Below are positions 1 through 10,036 of a stretch of DNA of 64,000 nucleotides, in pieces. This DNA is from Spirochaetia bacterium (GTDB lineage: Bacteria > Spirochaetota > Spirochaetia > CADAEX01). The translations under genes were made by a program, and so were the position numbers. The stretch lies in the NCBI GenBank assembly GCA_963662265.2, contig CAXXHA010000010.1, positions 288,001 to 352,000 of the forward strand, read 5' to 3'. The notes below the pieces were generated by a model. The model was given only the letters and a program-made list of their open reading frames with translations, was not told the DNA's origin and made no database searches. The first letter of the stretch is position 1, and each line of letters begins with the position of its first letter.

Positions 1-593
1 CCGAGTTTTTCAGCAATTCTGGCTGATATGTTGCCGATTCTTAAAATATGAGCGCCTGTATCTGAATCCCTGTACTCAGAGACAGAAACCAGCCTCATAA
101 TTGTTTCAGTATTTGCAAGTTTAAGCTCTTCATATGCCTTGAAAAGCTCCCTGTCCTGTTCCTCGACACGCTGCTCAAGAGTTATTTTATAGTTTTCCTC
201 TATCTTGAGCAGTTCTATAAAACGGAGAGCCTTATGAACAGATTTTTTCAGGATAACAAAATCTATAGGCTTGATAAGTATATCAAAAGCATCTTTCTTA
301 ACTGCCTCAAAAGCAATTTCTATATCAGGAAAACCGGTGATAAGTATCACTGGTTTATTTATATCCTTTTCATGTATTTTGTTGAGAAGTTCAATCCCTC
401 CCATTACCGGCATTTTTATATCAGTTATAACAAGATCAGCATCATTGCCGTCCAGGTATTCAAGTCCTTCAAGGCCATTAGATTTTTCTACAACATCATA
501 ACCTACTGTCTCCAGGAGTCTTGCTATACTTCCCCGAATAAATTCATTGTCATCAATAATGAGAATTTTCTTCTTATCTGCATTCTGCTCCAT
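1..593 (-). CDS. Response regulator with HD-GYP domain (RpfG-like c-di-GMP phosphodiesterase), 3' end runs off the window
   Basis: Not in ORF track. Manual translation from ATG at 593: MEQNADKKKILIIDDNEFIRGSIARLL...DLVITDIKMPVMGGIELL (receiver) ...ETIMRLVSVSEYRDSDTGAHILRIG (start of HD-GYP). GGGGA RBS upstream. Confidence 0.85.
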   Translation of the reverse strand, partial: MEQNADKKKILIIDDNEFIRGSIARLLETVGYDVVEKSNGLEGLEYLDGNDADLVITDIKMPVMGGIELLNKIHEKDINKPVILITGFPDIEIAFEAVKKDAFDILIKPIDFVILKKSVHKALRFIELLKIEENYKITLEQRVEEQDRELFKAYEELKLANTETIMRLVSVSEYRDSDTGAHILRIGNISARIAEKL

Positions 594-821
594 CAAATCC
601 CCCGGTCCATATTAATAATATTATAGTTTATTTAATTTTGCATGTAAAAATTTATTTATACCATTTTTTTTAATCTTGATCCAACACAGGCAGATTCTGC
701 CTGATCCCTTTCCGCATTTTGCAATTATTAAAATTCCGGCAGACAACAGGTTATGAATATGTTAAATCTGTGATATAAAAGTTCTGGGAATAATATGGAA
801 ATTGCTGAAGGAGTATTATAA

Positions 822-1295
822 ATGGAAAATCTCAATCAGATACTTATAGATGGTGTTGAAGCAACAAATAACAATGATTTTGACAGGGCGGAAGAGATCT
901 TCAGGGAAGCTCTGAAAAATTATCCGGACAATCACATAGTCCTGTATAATCTTGGAATAGTAATGCTGAAGACTGAAAAATTCTCTGATGCGGCTGAAAT
1001 ATTTGAAGAAGCTCTCAAATTTAAAAACACGGATCCTGATATCTGGACAGATGCCGGATTTGCATATCAGGAAATGGGCAATACAGAAAAGGCGCTGTCC
1101 TGTTATGAAAAAGCACTCGAAACAGCAGAAGACAAATCTGTAATTCTCAATAATATAGGAACTGTTTATTTTTCTCAGGAGAATTATAAAGAGGCAAAAA
1201 AATATTTCAGCCAGGCTCTAAGGGAAAACAGGGAATATACACAGGCAAGACAGAATCTCGCGCTTACAAACACTTTTCTTGATGTAATCTCCTGA
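822..1295 (+). CDS. Tetratricopeptide repeat protein
   Basis: TPR motifs (YNLGIV, NNIGTVY, ARQNLA); AAGGAG RBS. Confidence 0.85.
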   Translation: MENLNQILIDGVEATNNNDFDRAEEIFREALKNYPDNHIVLYNLGIVMLKTEKFSDAAEIFEEALKFKNTDPDIWTDAGFAYQEMGNTEKALSCYEKALETAEDKSVILNNIGTVYFSQENYKEAKKYFSQALRENREYTQARQNLALTNTFLDVIS

Positions 1296-1300
1296 TTTAT

Positions 1301-2224
1301 TTAAAGGAAAAATTCACTCCCCTCTACAGCAAGTGAAAACTCCATTTTCCGGTGGATATCTGCATATTTGTTTCTGTAGAAATCTATAAGAAAATCCAGC
1401 TCCTCATCTGTCCGTTCAGGGTCATGGTGTGTAAGAAGGAGTTTTTTTACTCCCGCACTGTAGCTCTTTTCTATTGCAAACTCAAAGCTAGAATGCCCCC
1501 AGCCAAGCTTGTCCTTTTCCATTTCATCCTTTGTGTACTGCGAATCATAAACAAGAATATCGGCGCCTGAGAAAAACTCTACAAGCTTCCTGTTCTCTTC
1601 GGCAGCTGCTGCTTCACCCTCTTCGGCTGCAGCACTGTCATAATCAGGATCATCAGGATCGGTTGGAAATACATTTCTGAAAGGCTCTGAATCTGTGGCA
1701 ATACAGAAACATTTACCGCCGCATTCTATTCTGTACCCGAGACAGAGTACAGGATGGTTGAGATATTTTGTAGTTATTTTAATTCCGTCCCTGAGGTAAA
1801 AAGATGTTTCTCTAAGGGGGTTATATTCCATTTCTGCAGAAAGTTCACTTTTTATAACAGGAAAATACCTGTACTGAAACTGGCTGCCTATGATTTCTTC
1901 GATACCGCCCTCTTCATATGTTACAGGTCCGTAAAACCTGAGCTTTGTCGAGGGAATATATATAGGCGTAAAAAAAGGAAACCCGAGAATATGGTCCCAG
2001 TGTGTATGTGTAATGAGAAAATCAAGATCAATATTTTTTCCCGGGAGATATTTTTTTACAAGATAGTTTCCGAGAAGTCTCAAACCTGACCCACCATCAA
2101 TAATTATTTCGCAGCCGCCGTCCTCAGGATCAATTTCAAGACATGTTGTATTTCCGCCATATTTCATTGTATCGGCGCCGGGACTCGGTATAGAGCCCCG
2201 CACTCCCCAGAGTTTTATTCGCAT
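1301..2224 (-). CDS. MBL-fold metallo-hydrolase (WGVRGS...YGGNT family)
   Basis: WGVRGSIP, YGGNTTC, THTHWDHILG, GWGHSS, THHDP motifs. Confidence 0.9.
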   Translation of the reverse strand: MRIKLWGVRGSIPSPGADTMKYGGNTTCLEIDPEDGGCEIIIDGGSGLRLLGNYLVKKYLPGKNIDLDFLITHTHWDHILGFPFFTPIYIPSTKLRFYGPVTYEEGGIEEIIGSQFQYRYFPVIKSELSAEMEYNPLRETSFYLRDGIKITTKYLNHPVLCLGYRIECGGKCFCIATDSEPFRNVFPTDPDDPDYDSAAAEEGEAAAAEENRKLVEFFSGADILVYDSQYTKDEMEKDKLGWGHSSFEFAIEKSYSAGVKKLLLTHHDPERTDEELDFLIDFYRNKYADIHRKMEFSLAVEGSEFFL

Positions 2225-2234
2225 AGACTATTCC

Positions 2235-3107
2235 TCAGTTTTTAATTTCAAGAAATATCCTGGCCTTGTCCATCTCCTCTTTTACATAGTCATTTATTTT
2301 TTCAGGATATGTTTCATCAACTCCGGCTTCCTTATAAACAGAGGCAATCGGAACATCCGGACATCTGTTTCCGGAATAATAACAGCCGAAAAGATTTGCA
2401 AAGTAATCTGCCAGAATTATAGTATAAGTCAGTTTTTTATATTTTTCATCCACAGAATTAATATCATGATGTGAAACAATAACATTTTTAACAGGATCTC
2501 CAAGATTCCAGGATTCAGCAATCATCAGCCCTGTTTCTGTGTGGTCCATTCCGAAAAACTCTTTTTCAGCTTCTGCTGTAGAGCCGTAAAAGCCACCTGC
2601 CCGTTTTTCAACCAGCTCTGTATATTCTCCGGGAAAACATGATATCAGCGGTATTTTTCCTATATCATGAAGAAGTCCGTTGATGAAGTATTCCTCCTGC
2701 TCGGCTCTGCTGATTCCTGTGTCTGATGCAATTTTTCTGGCAATAATCCCGGTGCAGAGGGAATGTTCCCAGAATTTATCGCTGTTCATTTTCACAAAAT
2801 TCTTTTCCCCGGACATAAGCCCCATGACTGCGGAGCTGAGCGCGAGGTTTTTTACAGTATTCATTCCAAGCATGATAATTGCACGGACAAGAGAAGTAAC
2901 TTTATCGGAAAGGCCGTAATAGGCAGAATTAATAAGTTTCATGACCTTGCCCATAAGCACAGGGTCAAGGCTTATAACTTTATAAAGATCTACAGGCGAT
3001 GTTTTTGGATTATCACAGATTTCCTGAACCTTGGAAACAGTAACAGGCAGACTCGGCATATTTTTGATGTAGCTGGAGACAACTTTCAGCCGATTACCCT
3101 TCATCAT
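2235..3107 (-). CDS. HDOD domain signal transduction protein
   Basis: MPSLP...DPVLMGKVMKLINSAYYG...FWEHS...GLLHDIGKI. Confidence 0.9.
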   Translation of the reverse strand: MMKGNRLKVVSSYIKNMPSLPVTVSKVQEICDNPKTSPVDLYKVISLDPVLMGKVMKLINSAYYGLSDKVTSLVRAIIMLGMNTVKNLALSSAVMGLMSGEKNFVKMNSDKFWEHSLCTGIIARKIASDTGISRAEQEEYFINGLLHDIGKIPLISCFPGEYTELVEKRAGGFYGSTAEAEKEFFGMDHTETGLMIAESWNLGDPVKNVIVSHHDINSVDEKYKKLTYTIILADYFANLFGCYYSGNRCPDVPIASVYKEAGVDETYPEKINDYVKEEMDKARIFLEIKN

Positions 3108-5475
3108 TGTTTACCTCTTTAAGCTTTCCAAGAATATTATCAAGCCGTGTGCTGACAGCTTTTCCGGTATCTTTCTCCGGAAGAAAATCAGCAAGTGATT
3201 TTATATAGGAAAGAGTACCTGCTATTTCATTTTCGGTCAAATTTCCATCAACTTCACTGGAATTCCCTGAAACTTCACTCTTATCCTCTGTTTTTACAGA
3301 ATCTATCAGGCCCCTGTTCCCGTTCAGCTTCATCCTGAGCGAATCTATCCGAAGCCTTGTCATGCTGTGCCTGAATTTATCATGAAGAGGAGGTTTGAGA
3401 TCCTCAGCCATGTCTTCAAGATGCCCGAGCAGATTTGAAATCAGAGGGTTTTCATAACCTGATTCCTCCCTGTAATTTACAGGATTATCATCTATTTCAG
3501 GGACCTCTTCAGGCTCCGGCTTTTTTTCCTTTTTTTCTTCAGGCGTATCTTCTTTTATCTCCGGTTCAGACGTTATTTCCTCTTTTGTCTCAGGCTCAGC
3601 CGGGGGTGGAGGCATGTACTGCGGAGGGGGAGGCATGAATACAGGGACAGGTGTATACTGAGGAGGTGCGGAGGCTTCAACCTGTTTTGTAATTTCCTCA
3701 CGGATCTTCTCCTCTTTCTCCTGAAAATATCCCTCACTCTTATCAGGATCAAATTCCTCTTCTATTTCATCAAGCCGGACATGTATTTCCTCTTCATTGA
3801 TTTCTATTACAGGCTCAATTCCCCCGACATCAATTATGGGAACATATTCATCCTCCAGGGCAGATACTGAATCCAGAAGAAAGCTGTTTTCCTCCAGCAC
3901 TTCAGGCTCGCCTGTATCTTCCCTGACAAATTCCTTTATAAACACCCCTATTCTGCTGTCAATTTCATCCCTGTTCTGTTTTGCAAAAGAATCTGAGGCC
4001 TTGTCAAAAAGCTCAACACCCTTTCCAAGCATTTCAATATCAATATCTTCCTGGGATCCGATAAGCCGGCTTGCATACTCCACCGACTTTTCCCTGTCAC
4101 CAATCTGATTATATACATCTACAAACGATGATATTGTCTCGGGATAATTCTGCATATCACCCTTTAGTGATTTTAAAACATTCAATGCATCTTCATATTT
4201 TCCCTGGGACTTCAGAACATCTGTATAGTTGATCAGCAGGGGATAATTTCCCGGGTCTTTTTTAAGCAGATCCCTGAGAAGTATTTCCGCATTGTCCCTG
4301 TCACCAGATGCAATCAATAACTGGGATTTTGCTGTTTTAAGAGCAGCATTGTCAGGAGCCTTGCTTTCCGCCCTGTTTAAAACCGCTTCAGCCTCTTCGA
4401 TTTTCCCTTTTTTGAGAAGAAGCATCCCTCTGGAGGAGACTGCAGTAATATTATCAGGTTCGTTTTCAATTATTCTTTCAATTATATTTTCAGCTTTTTC
4501 TGTCTCCCCCTTGTCCAGATAGACAGATGCCTTGTGCAGTTTTATATCATTGTTCTCGGGAGAAAGGAGTTCAACCCGGCTGAGCTCCTCGAGCGCGTTA
4601 TCAAACTCCCCGTTTTCCCGGTATATTTCTCCCAGGTTAATCGAAGCTTTTATATATCCCGGATTATCGGAAATTGCCTCGCGGAAAAACTTTTTTGCAT
4701 CCTCCCTGCTGCCGATATCCCTGTATGTCGTTCCAATGTTGTTTTTCACCATGGGGTTCCCGGGCTCAATGCTGAGAGCATCATGAAATGTTTTTATCGC
4801 TCGGTTATGCTGCCTGTTTTTTTTATATGCAATTCCCAGGTTGTTGAGGCTGTCTACCCAGACAGGCTGCGAAGAGAGTGCGTGTTTATACATCTGGATA
4901 GCATCATCAATCCTGTCCAAGCTGTCATATAGTATTCCAAGGTTATACAAAAGTGATGGGTTGTTTTCATCAACCTTAAGCCCTTCCCGGAAAACCTGCT
5001 CAGCTTTTTCAGTTTCGCCGGCATTCTGGTACAGTGTGCCGAGATTATTGTAACACTGGACAAAGCTGCTGTTCAGCTGAATTGCGGATAGAAAATATTT
5101 TTCAGCATTTGTAAAATCATTTTTCTGTTTATAGATATTCCCGATATTATAGTTGATTTCCGGACTGTCCGGATAAAGAGAGAGTGCCTTTTCAAGGTAA
5201 TATAATGCCTTGTCAGGATTATTTTTCTGCCTGTAAATTACAGCGATATTGGAATAACTGTCAGGGTTGTCCGGGTTTACAGAGAATGCCTCGTTATAGT
5301 ATTTTTCTGCATTTTCAAGATCACCCTGGAGGAAATAAATATTACCGAGAGTAATATGGAGTTTGTCATTGTCCTGATCATCTTCAAGTGCTTCAAAGAC
5401 TGTTTCTTCAGCTTTTTTATAATCCTTAATCTGAATCAGAGATGATATTTTGTCATAAAGTTCTTTGCTCAACAT
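3094..5475 (-). CDS. Large TPR protein with acidic/proline-rich C-terminal region
   Basis: Many consecutive TPR motifs in the N-terminal ~470 aa, then E/P-rich low-complexity segment. Confidence 0.85.
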   Translation of the reverse strand: MLSKELYDKISSLIQIKDYKKAEETVFEALEDDQDNDKLHITLGNIYFLQGDLENAEKYYNEAFSVNPDNPDSYSNIAVIYRQKNNPDKALYYLEKALSLYPDSPEINYNIGNIYKQKNDFTNAEKYFLSAIQLNSSFVQCYNNLGTLYQNAGETEKAEQVFREGLKVDENNPSLLYNLGILYDSLDRIDDAIQMYKHALSSQPVWVDSLNNLGIAYKKNRQHNRAIKTFHDALSIEPGNPMVKNNIGTTYRDIGSREDAKKFFREAISDNPGYIKASINLGEIYRENGEFDNALEELSRVELLSPENNDIKLHKASVYLDKGETEKAENIIERIIENEPDNITAVSSRGMLLLKKGKIEEAEAVLNRAESKAPDNAALKTAKSQLLIASGDRDNAEILLRDLLKKDPGNYPLLINYTDVLKSQGKYEDALNVLKSLKGDMQNYPETISSFVDVYNQIGDREKSVEYASRLIGSQEDIDIEMLGKGVELFDKASDSFAKQNRDEIDSRIGVFIKEFVREDTGEPEVLEENSFLLDSVSALEDEYVPIIDVGGIEPVIEINEEEIHVRLDEIEEEFDPDKSEGYFQEKEEKIREEITKQVEASAPPQYTPVPVFMPPPPQYMPPPPAEPETKEEITSEPEIKEDTPEEKKEKKPEPEEVPEIDDNPVNYREESGYENPLISNLLGHLEDMAEDLKPPLHDKFRHSMTRLRIDSLRMKLNGNRGLIDSVKTEDKSEVSGNSSEVDGNLTENEIAGTLSYIKSLADFLPEKDTGKAVSTRLDNILGKLKEVNNDEG

Positions 5476-5480
5476 ATTAT

Positions 5481-6989
5481 TTACCTGCTGCCAGCTGCCG
5501 GTCTTGCACTGATTTCAGCAGAATAATTACCACCTTTTTTTATAATTTTACCGATTGCCGATGCTGTCCTGTAATAGGAACTTACAGCCATATAATATAC
5601 TTTACCATTTTCAAGATTATCTATAACTATATTATTATTCAATCCGGCATCTATCGGGGATGAGGGGAATTTACTTCCGGATCCGAAGTAATGACCCGGT
5701 TTTTCCCCGATATAAACAAGATAGCCGGCAATTCCTGAATCAGGAACAGATGACCAGCGGAGCAGTATTTTCCCGTCAGATACTTCTGCCTTGACAACAG
5801 CGGGCGGAGGCGGGGGGCTTTTCTCGTCATACCGCAGTGTAATAGTATTTACAGAAGGGGAAATGTTTTTTTCACCGTCTGAATAAAGAACCCCCTTGAG
5901 CCAGAGAAACCTTCCTCCTGAAATCCGGACCTTGCCCTTTTCCAGAATATTCCATCCGTCACAATCCTGATCCCCCCCGGCGGAAGAATCAGCTGAAGCC
6001 AGGTTATCCGGAATAAAAGGAGTATCTGAAAGGCAGTAATAATATTTAATATCTGTACCGGGAGGGACAGTATCACTTATTCCCACATTGAAAAGCTCAG
6101 ACCTGCTGTGTTTGAGATCTATCATCTCTGTTATAAAATATCCAGAATAATCACCTATACGGCTGAGGCTGGCTTCTTCCACCCACTCACCCTGTATCCG
6201 GAATTCATCGATAGAGCCGGTGAATTTCTCCCCCAGCTCAATCCTGCTGCTTGTTCCGGCATAAAACGGATAAGTGCGGCCGGATTCTCTTCCCTCACGG
6301 TTTACATGCGCGACAGCTTCCGGTATTCCGTTGTAGAGATATTCAAGCAGCGCTGTATCGGAATTATAGCGGAGCATGTGATGAGACCATTTTCCCGGGA
6401 TAATTCTTCTGCTCCCCTTGAGAGTTATACTGAAAGGCTCCATGTCGGAAGAAAGAAAAAGGTTTTTTATATTCCAGGAGATTATTCTGTCTTCCAGAAA
6501 GCATTTGAAATGCTGAGGAAGTATTTTACGCCCGGTATCTGTATAGTTTTCATAGAGGAAATAAGTTTCACCATCTGCAGTATTTCTGCTGTTAAGCCAG
6601 AATTCCACAGTAAAATTTCCCGAATATATCCTGTCGGGAAAAAAACTTCTTTTTCCGGAATCAAGTGATGCAGGGCCGTTTCCTTCATTGAAAATTCCGC
6701 CCCCACTGCCGAGTTTCCTGATTTTTTTAGATATATTCAAATTTGATATTTTACAGCGGCCGGTGGAATCATACATATCATCTTCATTGAAGTGAAGAAG
6801 TATTATTGTTTTGCGGTCTGCAGTTCTTTCATTATCCCTCAGAGAGATGGAAATGGAATTATTCTCTGTTTTCTGTACAATATTCCGGCTTTCAGCAAGG
6901 GGCCAGAATTTATCACCAACTTCATATACCCTGTCCGTTGAATAAACACTGAACAGAGGGATTATTAATAAAAATACTATCTTTTTCAC
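5481..6989 (-). CDS. Exported LamG-like jellyroll / fibronectin type III domain protein
   Basis: Signal peptide; FTVEFW...W-HH...FTGSIDEFRI (LamG-like); C-terminal FN3-like LRWS...GYLVY...NLENGKVYYMAVSSY. Confidence 0.75.
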   Translation of the reverse strand: MKKIVFLLIIPLFSVYSTDRVYEVGDKFWPLAESRNIVQKTENNSISISLRDNERTADRKTIILLHFNEDDMYDSTGRCKISNLNISKKIRKLGSGGGIFNEGNGPASLDSGKRSFFPDRIYSGNFTVEFWLNSRNTADGETYFLYENYTDTGRKILPQHFKCFLEDRIISWNIKNLFLSSDMEPFSITLKGSRRIIPGKWSHHMLRYNSDTALLEYLYNGIPEAVAHVNREGRESGRTYPFYAGTSSRIELGEKFTGSIDEFRIQGEWVEEASLSRIGDYSGYFITEMIDLKHSRSELFNVGISDTVPPGTDIKYYYCLSDTPFIPDNLASADSSAGGDQDCDGWNILEKGKVRISGGRFLWLKGVLYSDGEKNISPSVNTITLRYDEKSPPPPPAVVKAEVSDGKILLRWSSVPDSGIAGYLVYIGEKPGHYFGSGSKFPSSPIDAGLNNNIVIDNLENGKVYYMAVSSYYRTASAIGKIIKKGGNYSAEISARPAAGSR

Positions 6990-7050
6990 TGGTCAAAATC
7001 TCTTTGTAATTATTATTATATAGTTAACCTTATTGGAATTATCGGCAAAA

Positions 7051-8877
7051 ATGAAAGATACAAAAGAAATTAGACAATATCTTACTCAGCTTGTAAAGGA
7101 CCTGCCAGACAGTCCCGGTGTTTATCTAATGAAAGACGCCGACAATAATATTATATACATAGGAAAAGCAAAAAACCTTAAAAACAGAGTTAAATCCTAT
7201 TTCTCAGGGACAAAAGAGCTTAAAACAACTTACCTTGTCAAAAGAATTGCAGATATTGAAATAATTACAACATCAACAGAATATGAAGCCCTTATACTTG
7301 AAAACAATCTCATAAAAAAGTGGAAGCCGAGATATAACATTGATCTAAAAGACGGGAAATCATTTCCTGTAATAAAAATCACAAAAGAGAAATTTCCATG
7401 CATATACAGGACCAGGAGAATTTTAAACGACGGGTCATCCTATTACGGCCCGTTTCCCGGGATAAGAAGCATTGACCTTTACCTGGAACTTGTTAACAGG
7501 AGATATAGGATAAGGAAATGCAGGGGAAAACTAAAAAAAAGGGATGCCCCATGCCTCTACTATCATATCGGACAGTGCTCTTCCCCCTGTACAGGAGCTG
7601 CAGACCCTGAAGAATACCGCAGGGAAATCCATGAAGTTGAAAAAATCCTTACAGGCGAGACAGGACATCTTATCGGGGAATTCAAATCCAGGATGGAGGA
7701 ATACTCTGCCGCCCTGGAATTTGAAAAGGCTGCCGAATACAGGGATCTTATAAATTCGATCAACAGTATCAATGAGCAGCAGCTTGTAGAGGATTTTGAC
7801 AGTGAAAAAAGAGATTATATTACATATACAGGGGAAGACAGCTACAGCGCCTTTACTGTGCTGCAGATGAGAAACGGAAAGCTTTCAGGAAAATCCGCCT
7901 ACCTGTCGGAGAATCCTGAAAGCAGCGATGTTGCCATGACATCCTTCATCATCCAGTATTACAGCAGGTATTTTGATGAGAATTTTCATTCAAAAGAGGG
8001 GCTGCCTGAAAGAATCACTGTAAACATAATGCCTGAATCAGAAATGGTGGAAAAATATTTTTCAGAAAAAAGCATAAAACTGATACCGCAGCTTCCGGAA
8101 GACAGGAGAGATTCATCGCTCATCAGGATGGGAGAGGAAAACGGAAAACTTGAACTTCTCAGAAAGAAAAAAGCGGCCGAATACAAGGTTCCGCTTAAGG
8201 AACTGATGAAAGAACTGTCACTTCCTGCCCTCCCGAGAAGAATAGAAGGTTTTGATATAGCCCAGCTGGGAGGAAAACACACTGTTGCATCAATGGTAAG
8301 TTTCCTGAACGGTAAACCTGATAAAACAGAATACCGGTATTTCCATATCAAATCTCTTCCTGAAAACAGCATCGATGATTACGGGTCTATCAGGGAGGCA
8401 GTTGCCAGGAGATATACCAGAGTATTGAATGAAAATCTCAGAAAGCCTGACCTGATACTTATAGACGGGGGAAAGGGGCAGGTAGCTGCCGCTAAAGGGA
8501 TACTCGAGGCAATAGGACTAGGGAACATACCTCTCGCAGGGCTTGCGAAGCAGCACGAATGGATATATCTGCCGGGGCAAAAAGATCCTGTAATACTGGA
8601 AGAAACATCACCTGCCAGAAACCTTCTCCAGTATGTGAGGGATGAGGCGCACCGTTTCGCAACATCCTTCAACAAGAATCTGAGAAAGAAAGATGTGAAA
8701 TTTTCAGTACTTGAAAGCATTCCCGGGATAGGGGCTGCCAGGAGTGTAAAAATAATGAATGAGTTCAAGAGCCTTGAAAACATCAGAAACGCAGGCCCCT
8801 ATGAGATTAAGGACAGGACAGGAATACCGCTTACAGCAGCAGAGAAAATAATAAATTATCTAAACGGAAAGAAGTAG
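7051..8877 (+). CDS. uvrC: Excinuclease ABC subunit C
   Basis: GIY-YIG (PGVYLMK..IYIGKAKNL), RIEGFDI, PDLILIDGGKGQ, RDEAHRFA, HhH; ATG at 7051 preferred over TTG 7033. Confidence 0.97.
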   Translation: MKDTKEIRQYLTQLVKDLPDSPGVYLMKDADNNIIYIGKAKNLKNRVKSYFSGTKELKTTYLVKRIADIEIITTSTEYEALILENNLIKKWKPRYNIDLKDGKSFPVIKITKEKFPCIYRTRRILNDGSSYYGPFPGIRSIDLYLELVNRRYRIRKCRGKLKKRDAPCLYYHIGQCSSPCTGAADPEEYRREIHEVEKILTGETGHLIGEFKSRMEEYSAALEFEKAAEYRDLINSINSINEQQLVEDFDSEKRDYITYTGEDSYSAFTVLQMRNGKLSGKSAYLSENPESSDVAMTSFIIQYYSRYFDENFHSKEGLPERITVNIMPESEMVEKYFSEKSIKLIPQLPEDRRDSSLIRMGEENGKLELLRKKKAAEYKVPLKELMKELSLPALPRRIEGFDIAQLGGKHTVASMVSFLNGKPDKTEYRYFHIKSLPENSIDDYGSIREAVARRYTRVLNENLRKPDLILIDGGKGQVAAAKGILEAIGLGNIPLAGLAKQHEWIYLPGQKDPVILEETSPARNLLQYVRDEAHRFATSFNKNLRKKDVKFSVLESIPGIGAARSVKIMNEFKSLENIRNAGPYEIKDRTGIPLTAAEKIINYLNGKK

Positions 8878-8884
8878 AGAAGCA

Positions 8885-9009
8885 GTCTGTAAGTAGCCCC
8901 TGTGCCGGGGCACTTAGCAGACATAATAAGAATATTTACTTAACAGCAGTAGTTCAGCAGTCGGTTAAAAAGTCATACTGGTTTACGTCTGCAACAAAGC
9001 AGAGACCAG
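8885..9009. repeat. Cluster of bulged hairpins between convergent uvrC and holA
   Basis: GTCTG-TAAGT-A-GCCCC/GGGGC-ACTTA-G-CAGAC (8885-8922) and CTGGT..TCTGC/GCAGA..ACCAG (8978-9009). Confidence 0.5.
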
Positions 9010-9037
9010 ATATCTGTCTCATTAGAAATAAAAAGCA

Positions 9038-10036
9038 TTATGCCGAATATTCAACAAGAGAAACAGCCTCTCTCCCCTTTTTTTCAATGAAAGAGTAAAC
9101 AAAAACAGGAAACATTATCTGCTGTATATCCTGCCTGACATTCCTGAAGAAACAGTCATACTCGGCAGTCATTGATATCAGGCTCTCAATATCTGAAAGG
9201 GAATAGTTTTTAAGCCCCTCCTGAAATGTTTTCTGCATTTTCTTGCTTCTTATCCTGAGGGCAAGGCAGGCTTCCTGAAAAGGTTTTCTGCTCTCTGTCA
9301 TTATTTTAAGCTCATGAAGGTTTCTCAGCTGCCACAGAAGACCTGCTAGAAGCTGCACAGGGTTGCTTTCTCCCGAGAGAAAAATATTTTTTGCTGTTTC
9401 AAGTGATTTCTGAAGATCGCATACAGCAAGCCTCTCAAAGAGGGAAAACATGTTTTCCTCTTTTCTGTCATAGAAAAAAGATTCAATCCTTTCTTCCGTG
9501 ATTCTGTCTCCCGGATTGAAAAACCGGATTAGCTTGCTGCATTCTTCCGCCAGTACATCTGTGCTGCTTTCAAGCATATCGCTTAGATACTCGACAGCAG
9601 ATTTTTCTATTTCAATGTTTTCCCTTCTGAAATAATTAATTATCCAGCTCTTTTTCTTGTTTTCAAACATCTCCCAGAATATCTTTTTATTCGAAGGGGG
9701 AATAAGCTTTTCAATTTTGCTGTCTGCCCTTATTCCGTCATCAGAGAGAACAAGATATGAATCATCTGCAGGATTCTTCAGATAATCAGCAATCATGCCG
9801 AGATCTTTCTTCCTGATTTCTGTAAAATTATTAATTATTACAAGCTTTGAAGAGGAAAAGAGGGAAATATTCTGCAGAGTCGAAATTATTTCACCTGTTT
9901 CCGTATCGTACGGATAGAAAGAATATTCCTCTGGGGGAGACGAGTACTTTTTTTCCAGGTTGTTTTTAAGGTTCTTAATGAAATTCTTCTTTTCGCCAAG
10001 TTCAGGACCAAGAAGCAGGTAATTCGAGTCAGTCAT
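9038..10036 (-). CDS. holA: DNA polymerase III delta subunit
   Basis: YLLLGPELGEK N-terminus typical of spirochaete HolA; length 332 aa. Confidence 0.85.
   Translation of the reverse strand: MTDSNYLLLGPELGEKKNFIKNLKNNLEKKYSSPPEEYSFYPYDTETGEIISTLQNISLFSSSKLVIINNFTEIRKKDLGMIADYLKNPADDSYLVLSDDGIRADSKIEKLIPPSNKKIFWEMFENKKKSWIINYFRRENIEIEKSAVEYLSDMLESSTDVLAEECSKLIRFFNPGDRITEERIESFFYDRKEENMFSLFERLAVCDLQKSLETAKNIFLSGESNPVQLLAGLLWQLRNLHELKIMTESRKPFQEACLALRIRSKKMQKTFQEGLKNYSLSDIESLISMTAEYDCFFRNVRQDIQQIMFPVFVYSFIEKKGREAVSLVEYSA

Noticed and set aside
234-626. Plus-strand ORFs of 130 and 76 aa (and the many similar antisense ORFs throughout the track, e.g. 10667-11416)
   Set aside because: Shadow frames of well-supported genes on the opposite strand
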